The notes beneath the pieces are model-generated. The model was not told where the DNA came from and did no database searches. It worked only from the letters and a program-made list of their open reading frames with translations. Shown piece after piece: positions 51,282 through 61,614 of a stretch of 64,000 nucleotides of DNA (position 1 is the stretch's first letter; each line of letters opens with the position of its first letter). Position numbers and translations under genes: made by a program. This DNA comes from Gammaproteobacteria bacterium (GTDB lineage: Bacteria; Pseudomonadota; Gammaproteobacteria; Eutrophobiales; Eutrophobiaceae), in contig CBDCTH010000012.1 of assembly GCA_965222155.1 (NCBI GenBank), positions 512,001-576,000 on the forward strand, given 5' to 3'.

Positions 51282-52450
51282 CCACAAACCTCTTCCTGGA
51301 ACCACTCGACGTGCTCTACCTACGTGGTAATCGCCTGTTCCAAGGCGCAGGCGCGCATGGCGAAGCATTGATGCCACCCTGGCCGTCACTCGCTGCTGGG
51401 GCTATTCGCTCGCGAATGCTGGCGGATGCGGAGGTGGACTTCGAGTCCTTCGCGGGTGGCTCACTGATCGATAATCCAGGTATCGATCATGCTCTGGGCA
51501 CTCCGGAGAAGCCCGGTGCTTTCCGTGTTTCCAACTTCGTCCTTGCTCGTGGCGGCTCGCGTGCAATGCGACCGAACGAGGCAAGTGTTGAACTTTGTGT
51601 ACCACTGCCAGCCGATGTGGTCATCACGGATGGTGAAGGACTCGGTAATGCCACCTATCTGATCCCCAGCGAGTTGCCTCTGAAAACCAGTGCGGTTCTT
51701 CCGATGGTTCCGGCGTTGCGGACGGTGAGCCCGGGTAAACCAGTCTCTGGCCTGTGGCTGAATTGCAATGGTTGGTCGGCGTACCTGAAGGGCAAACCAA
51801 TTGAGAAAGATCACCTGCTGCGGAGTTCTGAGCTTTGGGGACTCGACCCCCGTCTTGGCATTGCACTGGACCGCACGAGTGGAACCACTGATACTGGTAT
51901 GCTTTATACCGTCGAAACAGTTGGGCTGTGCGATGATGTCGGGTTTCTTGTGCGTATTGATGGCGCGGATGGTTTACTACCGAATTCAAATTTGCTTCGA
52001 CTTGGAGGCGACGGGCGGGGTTCGACAACCAAGGTGGTCAAGGTCGAATGGCCGGAGCCCAACTGGGAACGTGTTGAACAGGAAAGAAGGTTCCGTGTTG
52101 TACTCGCCACCCCCGGCATTTTCCCGGATGGGTGGCAACTGCCGGGTTGCACAGCCGATGGGTGGTGGTCAGGTCCGCAAGGGGTGCGGGCTAAGCTGGT
52201 GACTGCCACAGTCTCCCGCGCCAGCGTGGTGAGCGGGTGGGACCTCGTCAGTAGGCAGCCCAAGGCGGCCCTGCGGACTGCTCCCGTAGGCTCGGTCTAC
52301 TGGTTTGAGAACCTCGAAGGCGGAACGGTGGGCCTTCGCAAGCTTGCGGATGAGGGCTTATGGCCCTGTATGATAGACAATGACATCGACTTGGCCCGAC
52401 GAGCGGAAGGGTTCAATAATATCTATATTGCGGCTTGGCCGCAGGTCTAG
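51278..52450 (+). CDS. cmr3: Type III-B Cmr3
   Basis: LEPLDVLYLR, PPWPS, RLGGDGR, SGWDL and PVGSVY. Confidence 0.93.
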   Translation: MTTNLFLEPLDVLYLRGNRLFQGAGAHGEALMPPWPSLAAGAIRSRMLADAEVDFESFAGGSLIDNPGIDHALGTPEKPGAFRVSNFVLARGGSRAMRPNEASVELCVPLPADVVITDGEGLGNATYLIPSELPLKTSAVLPMVPALRTVSPGKPVSGLWLNCNGWSAYLKGKPIEKDHLLRSSELWGLDPRLGIALDRTSGTTDTGMLYTVETVGLCDDVGFLVRIDGADGLLPNSNLLRLGGDGRGSTTKVVKVEWPEPNWERVEQERRFRVVLATPGIFPDGWQLPGCTADGWWSGPQGVRAKLVTATVSRASVVSGWDLVSRQPKAALRTAPVGSVYWFENLEGGTVGLRKLADEGLWPCMIDNDIDLARRAEGFNNIYIAAWPQV

Positions 52451-52465
52451 AAGCGAGGTAGGAAT

Positions 52466-53413
52466 ATGTACCAGGCACAGAAAGCACTCTTTTTTTACTG
52501 CGTAAGTCCCGTCCATATGGGTGCAGGTACTGCCATCGGGCTGATAGACAACCCGATACAACGCGAGCGACATACTGACTACCCCTTATTCGCTGGTTCC
52601 GGCATCAAGGGAGCAGTGCGTCATCACTTCCATGCCGATGGCTGGAACAAAGACGAGGAACTGCTCAACCGTATCTTTGGGCCCAAGAATTCCGAGTTTG
52701 CAGGAGCAGTAAGTTTCGGTGATGCTCAGTTAGTTGCCTTTCCGGTGCGCTGTACCAAACACGCCTATGTTTATGCCACATCACCGACTGCCTTGGCGCG
52801 CACGCGGCGGCAACTCGAACACTTGCAGGTCACCCCTGATTGGAAAATAACTGAAGTCGAGGAAGGCGGTTGTCGTGTCGTGCCCGGATCGGGTTTGACC
52901 GAAGGAACGAGCCTGAATCTGGAGGTATTTCAGTACACTGCAACAGACGAAAAGGAGCTTGCAAAGATTGCCGGTTGGCTTGCGGACCAAGCATTGCCGC
53001 CGGGCGATGCCTATGCCTTCTTCCGTGACAAGCTCAAAACCGACCTCGTGTTGTTGCCGGATGAGGACTTTACTTACTACATCAAGAACGCCACTGTGGT
53101 CGAGCCCCACGTGCGTATTGATGACAAGACAGGAACCGCCGACGACGGTGGCCTCTTCTACACTGAGAATCTACCGCCGGAATCGTTACTCCTGGCTCCA
53201 TTGATGGCTTCGGGAGAGCGACGCGGGCGCCATGATGGTAGTAATGACCATATAATGTGTGCGCAGGAGGTTATGGAGAAGGTACTTGATGGACACAATG
53301 AAGGAGTAGGGCTGAATGGCCTATGCTTACAGCTTGGTGGCGATGCCACCACGGGACGCGGTCAGGTCATTGTTACGTCAGTAGAGGAGAAGGATAATGA
53401 TGCGGACACTTGA
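52466..53413 (+). CDS. cmr4: Type III-B Cmr4
   Basis: HMGAG, IDNPIQRE (catalytic Asp) and QLGGDATTGRG. Confidence 0.96.
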   Translation: MYQAQKALFFYCVSPVHMGAGTAIGLIDNPIQRERHTDYPLFAGSGIKGAVRHHFHADGWNKDEELLNRIFGPKNSEFAGAVSFGDAQLVAFPVRCTKHAYVYATSPTALARTRRQLEHLQVTPDWKITEVEEGGCRVVPGSGLTEGTSLNLEVFQYTATDEKELAKIAGWLADQALPPGDAYAFFRDKLKTDLVLLPDEDFTYYIKNATVVEPHVRIDDKTGTADDGGLFYTENLPPESLLLAPLMASGERRGRHDGSNDHIMCAQEVMEKVLDGHNEGVGLNGLCLQLGGDATTGRGQVIVTSVEEKDNDADT

Positions 53414-53750
53414 ACAACAGCGGGCCGAGTATGCTTGGAAGATAGTACAGGAAGGCTGCAACGATAAATACACCAGTCTTGCCAAAGGCGCGCCAGCACT
53501 TATCATGGCTAACGGCCTGATGCAGAGCCTGGCCTTCTACGAGTCGAAAGGTCAGGACCACCATAAGACATTAAACAGGCACATTCTTGGTTGGTTGTAC
53601 AAACAGAAACTGGTCAAAACCGAAGATTTTGTAACTGCGATGAACGATCTGCACAAGACCAGTTCGGTTAACTACCGCCGCGCAACCCAGGAGGCTCTGG
53701 ATTTCCTGAAGTGGGTGCGGCAGTTCGCTCCTGCGGCGCAGAGCGAATAG
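53397..53750 (+). CDS. cmr5: Type III-B Cmr5
   Basis: TLEQQRA, PALIMANGLMQSLAF; small helical protein. Confidence 0.92.
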   Translation: MMRTLEQQRAEYAWKIVQEGCNDKYTSLAKGAPALIMANGLMQSLAFYESKGQDHHKTLNRHILGWLYKQKLVKTEDFVTAMNDLHKTSSVNYRRATQEALDFLKWVRQFAPAAQSE

Positions 53751-53773
53751 CGAGAGGAAGGATCGATCTATCT

Positions 53774-54979
53774 ATGCCTATAGCCGCCGTACCTGAATAC
53801 CTCGGAAATGATTTGAGCGATTGTCCGCCAGGGCATCGTTTTACACTTTATGGCGCGTTCTGGGAAAAACAGAGCTGGAAACGGGTGAAAAATATTGAGC
53901 TGACACATCTGAAGCCGGTTTCCAAAAACTTGTCTCCTGCCACCGCCACACTGCGCGACGCGCTTATCCAACGTCAGCACTGTCTTGCAGAAAGGCTTGG
54001 CGAGGGCGTGTCGAGTTACTTGACCAAATCGGTTTCTCCCTTCGTAACCGGTACCGGTATTGAGCACCCGCTGGAAAATGGAATGGCCTTTGTCAATCCA
54101 TACGGTTTGCCCTATCTTCCCGGCTCCGGCGTTAAAGGCGCGCTGCGCAAGGCAGCCGAGGAATTGGCAGATGCGGCAACAGAAGAAGATAACGGATGGA
54201 CGAAGAAGGCGATAGAAGTATTGTTTGGAAAGCAACCTCGCTCCGTAACCGACAAAGCTGAACGCGGCGCGCTGACGTTCTGGGATGTCTTTCCCGACTG
54301 CTCAAAGCTGTGTATCGAGATAATGACCCCTCACTATAGTGACTATTATCAGGGGAACACCTCGCCTCACGACGCTGGCGCTCCGATACCGATCTACTTC
54401 ATCGCTGTGCCCGCAGAGAGCGACTTTGCTTTCCATGTGCAATGCGATGTACGCTGTTTGAAGGACAAGGCTGATTTGTCAGGACAATGGCGAAAGCTGC
54501 TCGACAGCGCATTCGATCACGCCTTCGATTGGCTTGGCTTCGGCGCCAAGACGGCTGTCGGATATGGTCATATGCGCATTGATACAGCTGCGACAAAACG
54601 GAACGAAGACGAGCGCAGAAAGAGCGCGGTGCAGGCAACGGAACGCCGAGAACGAGAGAAGCAGGAACAAGATCTACAGGATGCACGGGGGCATCTCCCA
54701 GAAGATGCCGTTTGGATAGAAAAACAATTTATGGCCGGTGAATGGTCCGATACAAACCGTTTCCTGGTTGAGGTGGAGAAATTTCTTGCCCACAAGCGGG
54801 ATCTCAGTAACGAAGCATATGATCGCTTGGTGGGTGAGATATCAGATCGTTGGCCTGGAATACTGGAAAACCCTGACGTTGTCAGGGGCAAGAAAAAAAA
54901 GCCAAAATACAAGCCTAGACCGCGTGAATTGGCGAAGAAACTGATCGCGTTGAAACCGGAAGCTAAAAAGAGTCCGTGA
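53774..54979 (+). CDS. cmr6: Type III-B Cmr6 with C-terminal extension
   Basis: YGLPYLPGSGVKG, IMTPHY and GFGAKTAVGYG; ATG 53774 chosen as start. Confidence 0.94.
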   Translation: MPIAAVPEYLGNDLSDCPPGHRFTLYGAFWEKQSWKRVKNIELTHLKPVSKNLSPATATLRDALIQRQHCLAERLGEGVSSYLTKSVSPFVTGTGIEHPLENGMAFVNPYGLPYLPGSGVKGALRKAAEELADAATEEDNGWTKKAIEVLFGKQPRSVTDKAERGALTFWDVFPDCSKLCIEIMTPHYSDYYQGNTSPHDAGAPIPIYFIAVPAESDFAFHVQCDVRCLKDKADLSGQWRKLLDSAFDHAFDWLGFGAKTAVGYGHMRIDTAATKRNEDERRKSAVQATERREREKQEQDLQDARGHLPEDAVWIEKQFMAGEWSDTNRFLVEVEKFLAHKRDLSNEAYDRLVGEISDRWPGILENPDVVRGKKKKPKYKPRPRELAKKLIALKPEAKKSP

Positions 54980-55003
54980 AAGAACTAATCCTCATGAACG
55001 ACG

Positions 55004-56215
55004 ATGTCCGAAATCCATATCTGCCTGTTATCTGACCAATTACTCCCGAATCTCATCCCGATTCTCATGGAACGGCCGGTTTGTGTCTATCTTGTCGCGA
55101 CCCCGGAGATGGTGAAAAGGGGACGCGATGTACGGATGCGGCGATTGCTGCGCCATGAGAAGATCGAACCGCGCATTCGCGAAGGCGCACCAAGCACCGG
55201 TATCGATAAAATCCGCGCATTCGCCGAGAAGCTGACGCATGAGATAGTGAAGGACAAGGACAGCGCCGGCAGGACTCTCGTGCTAAATGCAACCGGTGGG
55301 ACGAAGTTGCTCTCCATGGGATTTGTCGAGGTGTTCCGTGCGCACTTGGAAGGCTATCCGTTGCGGGTCATCTATACCGATACGGAGCATCAGGTGCTCG
55401 AAACCCTTGTACCTCGTGGGTTGGATGCCACGCCGATGGGAGGTGTGCTGCGGGTAGAGAGCTATCTGGCCGCGCAAGGAATGACATTCGTCTCGGCAAT
55501 GTCGGATGACTTGGAGTGGCGGTCCGTCGTTCAGGAGCGATGCAAACTCACTGTATACCTTGCTAACGAATGCGAGCGCCTCGGCGGTTTTCTTGGAATG
55601 CTGAATGGGCTTGTACACGGAACTGGACGGCAGTCGGGTGCACTTGCATCGAACGGAGGCGAGTTGCTCCATCCTGAACAACGACTCAACCGGTCACCCC
55701 GAGGATTGTACCGGGAGGTGCTGAAACGTGTCGCCGATGTGGGTCTGATCCAATGGGTCGACGCCAAGACGGTCCGCTTCAACACGGTCGAGGCTGCACG
55801 CTATCTCGGTGGCCATTGGCTGGAGGAGTACGCTTGGTTGGTCGCTGACGCCGCGGGCCTGCAAGACGCTCGGTGCTCGGCAACCGTGCGGTGGGAGTTA
55901 CAGAGCGGACCCGAGGCGCCGACCAACGAGTTCGACTTGCTGGCGGTGCATAACAACCGGCTCCTGCTCGTCGAGTGCAAGACAGGACAACAAGCTGCCG
56001 GTGAGCAGGCAGTTGCCACGCGACTGGAGAGCTTGAGCCGGAACGCGGGAGGTTTGTTCGGCTTATCTCTGCTTGTGTCCGCCAGAGCTCTCCCGACTAC
56101 GATGAGAAATCGTTGCCAGAGCCTTGGCATCAGGCTCCTTGAACAAGGAGAGGTAAAGAGGCTTGCGGATTACGTCGATCAATGGCGAGATACCGGCGCG
56201 CTTACATCCCGGTGA
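55004..56215 (+). CDS. Card1/Can2-like (DUF1887) CARF plus PD-(D/E)xK nuclease
   Basis: SDQLLPN, NATGGTK, GHWLEEY and NEFDLL..VECKT. Confidence 0.88.
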   Translation: MSEIHICLLSDQLLPNLIPILMERPVCVYLVATPEMVKRGRDVRMRRLLRHEKIEPRIREGAPSTGIDKIRAFAEKLTHEIVKDKDSAGRTLVLNATGGTKLLSMGFVEVFRAHLEGYPLRVIYTDTEHQVLETLVPRGLDATPMGGVLRVESYLAAQGMTFVSAMSDDLEWRSVVQERCKLTVYLANECERLGGFLGMLNGLVHGTGRQSGALASNGGELLHPEQRLNRSPRGLYREVLKRVADVGLIQWVDAKTVRFNTVEAARYLGGHWLEEYAWLVADAAGLQDARCSATVRWELQSGPEAPTNEFDLLAVHNNRLLLVECKTGQQAAGEQAVATRLESLSRNAGGLFGLSLLVSARALPTTMRNRCQSLGIRLLEQGEVKRLADYVDQWRDTGALTSR

Positions 56216-56477
56216 GTCGCGGAGTTGCCGACCCGCTGAGTCACCCCTGGGCGGAGTAACCCAGACCTGTCTGGTACTGCGCGGCCGTGTGCCCATCCAA
56301 TCTTTACGACTTTAATTGAAGTAAAAAAGATAGTAGCCTGTAACGGTTTTCAAGCTATGAGGGTAGTAGCCAATGCCGAGAGTCAGCGCAAAACGACAAA
56401 TCGACACTTCCCGTCGACCAGTGTAATGAAGTGGGGATACGCCCGGGTGATGAGTACCGGAGCATCGTTGAGGTGGC

Positions 56478-56585
56478 AAACCTGCCAAGCCGTACCTGAT
56501 CAGTGATATCAGCGTCATTCACTGATAATATAACCTGAAGGCATTGATGCTGAAAAAGGAACAGGTACGGTTCCCGGAAGAATGA
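56478..56585 (+). pseudogene. Remnant 3' end of a second NE0113-type CARF gene
   Basis: KPAKPYLIS..**..LKALMLKKEQVRFPEE* versus EPARPYLIS..LKGLTLKKEQVRFLEE* of 45067-46338. Confidence 0.85.
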
Positions 56586-56591
56586 CGAGGA

Positions 56592-56642
56592 CGGCAAGCT
56601 TGCCGAATGTAAAAAGACGGGGTTTATTGTATTAGTATGAGC
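56592..56642 (+). promoter_or_regulatory. CGGCAAGCTTGCCG palindrome and promoter of the csm operon
   Basis: Same palindrome, AATGTAAAAA and TAGTATGAGC at identical offsets to 46345-46395. Confidence 0.7.
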
Positions 56643-56666
56643 TATTAAACGGCAAGAACACTTAAT

Positions 56667-59351
56667 ATGACTGATCCAGCAAATTTCATTACACCATCAG
56701 CACGAGTGGCGCTCGCAGCTTTTTTGCACGACCTCGGCAAGTTTGCTGAGAGGGCAAAAATTGATACTTCCTCTGAAATTCTCGAAAGTAATCAGCAGAT
56801 TTACTGTCCGCATCATAAAAAATCAACAGACGATAAAGGCTGGTTTTCTCATAAACATGCAGCCTACACCGCTATCGCTTTGGACCGGATTGAAGCACAC
56901 TTACCACCGCTCAAAGGCCAGAATGTGGAACCGTTTGCAACCTGGGGTTCGGATGACGTCGATGATTCACTGATCAATGGCGCGGCCAAGCACCACAAAC
57001 CCGATACTTTTCTGCAGTGGATTATTGCCACCGCTGATCGCGTTGCATCCGGCTTTGAACGTAACGAGTTCGAAGAATATAACAAGGCAAGGGAAGGCAC
57101 AGCTACCGGTAAAGATCATTACACAGCCCGACAGTTGACCTTATTTGAACAAATCCGATTGTATGACAAAAGCCGCAAACAGACGTATCGTTATCGTTAT
57201 CGCTATAAACTTAAGCCGCTTTGCCCTGATGCGTTAGTGCCTGTGCCAGCAGAAGGCTATGAGCCGGAAAGTCGCGCTGAAGCTCAAAGGGAATATAAGG
57301 CACTCTGGGACGGTTTTACCGAAGGACTTGGAAAGATACCTGAATCCCATCGAAAGAATCTACCTCTCTGGCTGGATCACTTCGAATCGCTGTGGGGTTG
57401 CTATACTCACGCGATACCATCTGCTACTGCGTTTAATACTCGACCGGACGTATCACTTTACGATCATTCCCGTGCAACAGCGGCACTGGCGGTTGCGCTG
57501 TGGCGGTATCACCATGAGCGTAAGGATGATACAGAAAGAGCAACCCGAGTGATGCGAAACAGGGAAGATTGGAATGAGCAGAAGTTGCTGCTCATCCAGG
57601 GTGATTTTTTTGGTATCCAGGATTTCATTTTTGCTACTGGTGGTGAAACCCGGAAACGTGCAGCCAAGCTGTTACGGGGACGTTCGTTCTATATCTCTCT
57701 GTTGACCGAATGTGCCGCTCTTAAAATATTAGACAAGCTGGGGCTACCGGCAACCAGCCAGATTACTAATGCCGCCGGTAAATTCCTGATCGTTGCGCCG
57801 AATACTGAAGGTATACGCAATACTTTGGGCCAGGTTCAACAGGAGTTGGACGAATGGTTCAAGACTAATAGCTGGGCAGTCTCAGGTATCGGTTTAGCAG
57901 CTTTACCTGCTTGCTGCAACGATTTTCTGAAACAACAGGGAGACGAAGAAAACACGCCTTTTCAACGCCTCATGACAAGACTGTTTGAGGCGTTGGAAAA
58001 TGCCAAGCTGAAACGTTTCGACCTGTGCAATCAGCAACCTGAAGCAGCGATTTTTACCGGCTTTTTAGAGCAATTTCATAATAATAAGGGAGTTTGTGAG
58101 ATCGATGGGCACTCTCCGGCAACGCAAGTCGATGATGGGATATCCATAAGTGACTTGGCGCATGACCAAATCAGGGTCGGTGAGTATCTGACCAAATACG
58201 AGCGGTTTTTGATCACCCGCAATGAACTTGATCATAATACCCTGCGGCTACCCATTTTTGGCTACCATGTCAGCTTCACTCGTGACGAAGAAATAACCGG
58301 TCAATTCAGCCGGTTGGCTATCGAGGGCAAGCTGTTGCGTGCTGTTGATTTTTCTTTACCTCAAGCCAGCGCTACCGCGCTCTGGAACGGTTATGCACGG
58401 CGCTATATTAACGGCTACGTGCCCAGGTTCCGTCAGGATGATCTTGACAATAAGGACAAATACAAATCTGTAGAAGAGGCAATTGGCATTGAGCCTGATG
58501 CTGTCAAATCGCTTAATCACATTGCTTGTGAAGGCGCTGGAATTCATGCTCTGATGACCCTGAAAGGTGACGTCGATAATCTGGGGTTGATCTTCCAACA
58601 GGGTCTTGCCCGGTCGGATAAAAATGACAAAAATGGCCATAAAGGAGGGCTGACATTCGCCAAGATGGCGGCCTTATCACGGCAAATGGATGCTTTTTTT
58701 ACGATTTACCTGCCTTACCGATGCCAAAAGGATTATCCCGATACCTATACCGTATTTGCCGGTGGTGACGACTTTTTCCTGATTGGCCCCTGGCATTCAC
58801 AAATCAGATTGGCCAAGGAAATGCAGCAATGGTTCAGTGAATACGTAACGCGTAATCCCGAAGTGCACTTCTCGGTCGGTTTATTCATGACCAAGCCAGG
58901 TCTGCCGATTCGCTATTTGGCAGAACAATCTGAGCGGGCACTGGAAAAGGCCAAAAAGTATAATTCACAGGACTGCCAACCTGCACCAAAGAATGCCGTT
59001 ACCTGTTATGGGCACAGTATCGGCTGGGACAGTTTCAAGAAACTGATAGAGCAATCGGATGAACTGGAAACCCTGGCTGGCGAAATTGAACTCAGCACAG
59101 GTTATCTGTATAGCCTGTTGCAGTTTACTGACATGCAGTCGGAGATCAGCGAAAAACCGGAAAAGGCTTTATGGCACTCGTGGTTTGCCTATCGGACAAA
59201 GCGAATGCTTGAACGTATTCGCGGCCTGGATACCAGGCAATGGCATAATAAGCTGGCCGATGCCATCGCTCACCGGGGCATAGAGACATACGCCCAGGCT
59301 TACAAAATTGCCCTGTTTACTTATCTTTATAAACATCGTAAAGAGGATTGA
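56667..59351 (+). CDS. cas10: Type III-A Cas10/Csm1
   Basis: LHDLGK HD domain, VSLYDH, LRGRSF, KGDVDNLG and FAGGDD. Confidence 0.97.
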   Translation: MTDPANFITPSARVALAAFLHDLGKFAERAKIDTSSEILESNQQIYCPHHKKSTDDKGWFSHKHAAYTAIALDRIEAHLPPLKGQNVEPFATWGSDDVDDSLINGAAKHHKPDTFLQWIIATADRVASGFERNEFEEYNKAREGTATGKDHYTARQLTLFEQIRLYDKSRKQTYRYRYRYKLKPLCPDALVPVPAEGYEPESRAEAQREYKALWDGFTEGLGKIPESHRKNLPLWLDHFESLWGCYTHAIPSATAFNTRPDVSLYDHSRATAALAVALWRYHHERKDDTERATRVMRNREDWNEQKLLLIQGDFFGIQDFIFATGGETRKRAAKLLRGRSFYISLLTECAALKILDKLGLPATSQITNAAGKFLIVAPNTEGIRNTLGQVQQELDEWFKTNSWAVSGIGLAALPACCNDFLKQQGDEENTPFQRLMTRLFEALENAKLKRFDLCNQQPEAAIFTGFLEQFHNNKGVCEIDGHSPATQVDDGISISDLAHDQIRVGEYLTKYERFLITRNELDHNTLRLPIFGYHVSFTRDEEITGQFSRLAIEGKLLRAVDFSLPQASATALWNGYARRYINGYVPRFRQDDLDNKDKYKSVEEAIGIEPDAVKSLNHIACEGAGIHALMTLKGDVDNLGLIFQQGLARSDKNDKNGHKGGLTFAKMAALSRQMDAFFTIYLPYRCQKDYPDTYTVFAGGDDFFLIGPWHSQIRLAKEMQQWFSEYVTRNPEVHFSVGLFMTKPGLPIRYLAEQSERALEKAKKYNSQDCQPAPKNAVTCYGHSIGWDSFKKLIEQSDELETLAGEIELSTGYLYSLLQFTDMQSEISEKPEKALWHSWFAYRTKRMLERIRGLDTRQWHNKLADAIAHRGIETYAQAYKIALFTYLYKHRKED

Positions 59352-59355
59352 TGTT

Positions 59356-59841
59356 ATGAATAATCGAAGCCGTTCATCGGGAAAAAAACCTTGGCAAAAT
59401 ACTCAACAATCGGATGACGACCGGCCTCCCTTCAGCAAAGATCGGATTGTTCTAGCTAGCGGTGAGTTGCCAACTGATCTGTTCAGTCAGGTCGCAGAGG
59501 ATGCAGCCAAACATGTTGCCGCATGGGATGGCGAGAAAGCTGGTGGAAACGCCAGCAAACCAACACAATTGCGCAAATTCTATGACGAAATTTGTATGTG
59601 GGACAGCAAGAGCCAGCGCGATATTGACCGCTTTGACGAATATCTACCTTTTATCCTGATGTTGAAGGCGAAAGTCGCTTATTCCCAAGGCCGTAAACAT
59701 GTAGAAAAGACCTATGTCGACATACTCAATCATTGCCTGGCTGAGCTTGAGAAAAACCCAAAATGGAAAACTCTGCACAACCTGAAACTGTTTATGGAAG
59801 CCTTTACCGGTTTTTATAAAGTTTACGGGTCCAAGAATTAG
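59356..59841 (+). CDS. csm2: Type III-A Csm2
   Basis: TQLRKFYDE, MLKAKVAY and FMEAFTGFY; ATG 59356 follows GAGGA. Confidence 0.92.
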   Translation: MNNRSRSSGKKPWQNTQQSDDDRPPFSKDRIVLASGELPTDLFSQVAEDAAKHVAAWDGEKAGGNASKPTQLRKFYDEICMWDSKSQRDIDRFDEYLPFILMLKAKVAYSQGRKHVEKTYVDILNHCLAELEKNPKWKTLHNLKLFMEAFTGFYKVYGSKN

Positions 59842-59852
59842 GAGGTATCTAC

Positions 59853-60611
59853 ATGCAACTTACAGCAATCAAAACCCTAACCGGGGAAATTGAATTACTT
59901 ACTGGTCTGCACATCGGTGGGGACGACGCCGATATGCACATCGGCGGTATCGACAATCCAGTCATCAAACACCCCGTTACTCAGGAGCCTTACATTCCCG
60001 GTTCCAGCATCAAGGGAAAAATGCGCAGCCTGCTCGAATGGGAACTAGGAGTGGTCGGTCAAACGAATGGCGCACCACTTGGCTACAAGCATATTAAAGA
60101 ACTGGCCGACGACCAGGAACAGGATGCCAAAGTTATCCTCAAACTGTTTGGTGGCGCACCAGACGGTCATGACAACATGGAATTGGTCGAGGAAATCGGC
60201 CCGACCCGCCTGGCTTTCTGGGACTGTTCCCTTGACTCCGAATGGGTGGAGAAAATGGACGCTAAAAATCTCCTGTTAACCGAGGCCAAGATGGAAAACA
60301 GTATCGACCGCATCAGAGGGGTTGCAATCAACCTGCGTCAGACCGAGCGTGTGCCCGCCAGTGCAAAATTCCAATTCAATCTGACGTTGCGCAAACATGA
60401 TGATGATGACGATTTACTGGATACCATTCTCAAAGGATTACGTTTGATCGAAATTTCAGGACTTGGAGGTTCCGGTTCACGGGGTTACGGCAAGGTACGG
60501 TTCAACAACCTGGAATGCGAGGGTGAGTCTCTTGATGAGCGCATGAAGGCCATAGACCTGTTTAATTCTAAAGCGGAGGGCAATAACATTGAGTCTGATA
60601 TGGTCTCATAA
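59853..60611 (+). CDS. csm3: Type III-A Csm3
   Basis: TGLHIG, GGIDNPV (catalytic Asp), PGSSIKGKMR and GGSGSRGYG. Confidence 0.97.
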   Translation: MQLTAIKTLTGEIELLTGLHIGGDDADMHIGGIDNPVIKHPVTQEPYIPGSSIKGKMRSLLEWELGVVGQTNGAPLGYKHIKELADDQEQDAKVILKLFGGAPDGHDNMELVEEIGPTRLAFWDCSLDSEWVEKMDAKNLLLTEAKMENSIDRIRGVAINLRQTERVPASAKFQFNLTLRKHDDDDDLLDTILKGLRLIEISGLGGSGSRGYGKVRFNNLECEGESLDERMKAIDLFNSKAEGNNIESDMVS

Positions 60612-60657
60612 GCGTATGAAAAACGTGGATTGGTTTAATTCTGCCGCCTGAGCAAAT

Positions 60658-61614
60658 ATGTTCATGAACCGCTATCGCATCACGCTCGAACTGAAATCCG
60701 CTTTTGGCACTCCGCTCAAAGGCGATACACTGTTTGGCCAACTCTGCTGGACCATATTGAACCGTTATGGTGAAGACCGTCTACAGGAATTATTGACTGA
60801 TTATTCAGCACAGCCCTTTGCAGTTTGCTCGGATGGATTCCCAAACAGCTATTTACCTCGTCCTTCATTACCTGTTTCATACTTTGATATACCGGGTGAT
60901 GAGGATCGTAAAGTTGTCAAGAAAAAACGCTGGATACATCTTGGCGAACTGTTCAAGTCGATTTCGAAGTGGTTAGTCAACGCCAAACCGGGCAGCGACC
61001 TGACCGGCGATGATAACCAAAGAGAACAACCGCATAACAGCATCAATCGCTTAACCGGCACAACCGGTGAGAATATGTTCGCCCCTTACAGTCAGTCACA
61101 AATCTGGTATCCGAGCAATGCAAAATTCGACATCTATCTGTTGCTTGATGAAGCTCGACTGCCACTCTCAGATGCCAAGACTCTATTCACGGACATAGGT
61201 ACTTTTGGCTATGGTCGGGATGCCAGCATCGGACTGGGCAAATTCGAGCACATCGATTGGACTGAATGGAATTTTTCTGTCCCTGAAGCGGCTAACGCCT
61301 GTTTAACGCTGGCGCCCTGTGCGCCACAGGGATTAGGGCTGAATGGCAAAAACAGCTATTACAATGTCTTTACCCGTTTTGGACGACATGGTGACGTTGG
61401 AGTGCACGGGCAACACGGGCCCTTCAAGGCGCCTGTATTACTGGCTGATACCGCAGCCGTATTTTCGCCGATGCCTGTTGGACAAAACTATATCGGCCAG
61501 GGCTTGGGCGGAATAGAACAACCACTCTCCAAGACTATCCCAACCACCGTACACCAGGGCTATGCCCCTTATGTTCCTGTCCATCTGCCGGCTCAAAAGC
61601 AGGAGACAGTATGA
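60658..61614 (+). CDS. csm4: Type III-A Csm4
   Basis: GDTLFG, SDGFP, HNSINR and GRDASIGLG. Confidence 0.92.
   Translation: MFMNRYRITLELKSAFGTPLKGDTLFGQLCWTILNRYGEDRLQELLTDYSAQPFAVCSDGFPNSYLPRPSLPVSYFDIPGDEDRKVVKKKRWIHLGELFKSISKWLVNAKPGSDLTGDDNQREQPHNSINRLTGTTGENMFAPYSQSQIWYPSNAKFDIYLLLDEARLPLSDAKTLFTDIGTFGYGRDASIGLGKFEHIDWTEWNFSVPEAANACLTLAPCAPQGLGLNGKNSYYNVFTRFGRHGDVGVHGQHGPFKAPVLLADTAAVFSPMPVGQNYIGQGLGGIEQPLSKTIPTTVHQGYAPYVPVHLPAQKQETV

Noticed and set aside
52337-52348. CGCAAGCTTGCG inside cmr3 as a fourth operator
   Set aside because: It lies in coding sequence (RKLA) and lacks the shared downstream promoter elements; probably chance
47595-56215. SAM-AMP signalling type III-B system
   Set aside because: No CorA, NrN/DEDD phosphodiesterase or SAM lyase gene is present; the effectors seen are CARF type
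57186-57206. TATCGT microsatellite in csm1 (YRYRYRY)
   Set aside because: Only about three in-frame units; no frameshift potential
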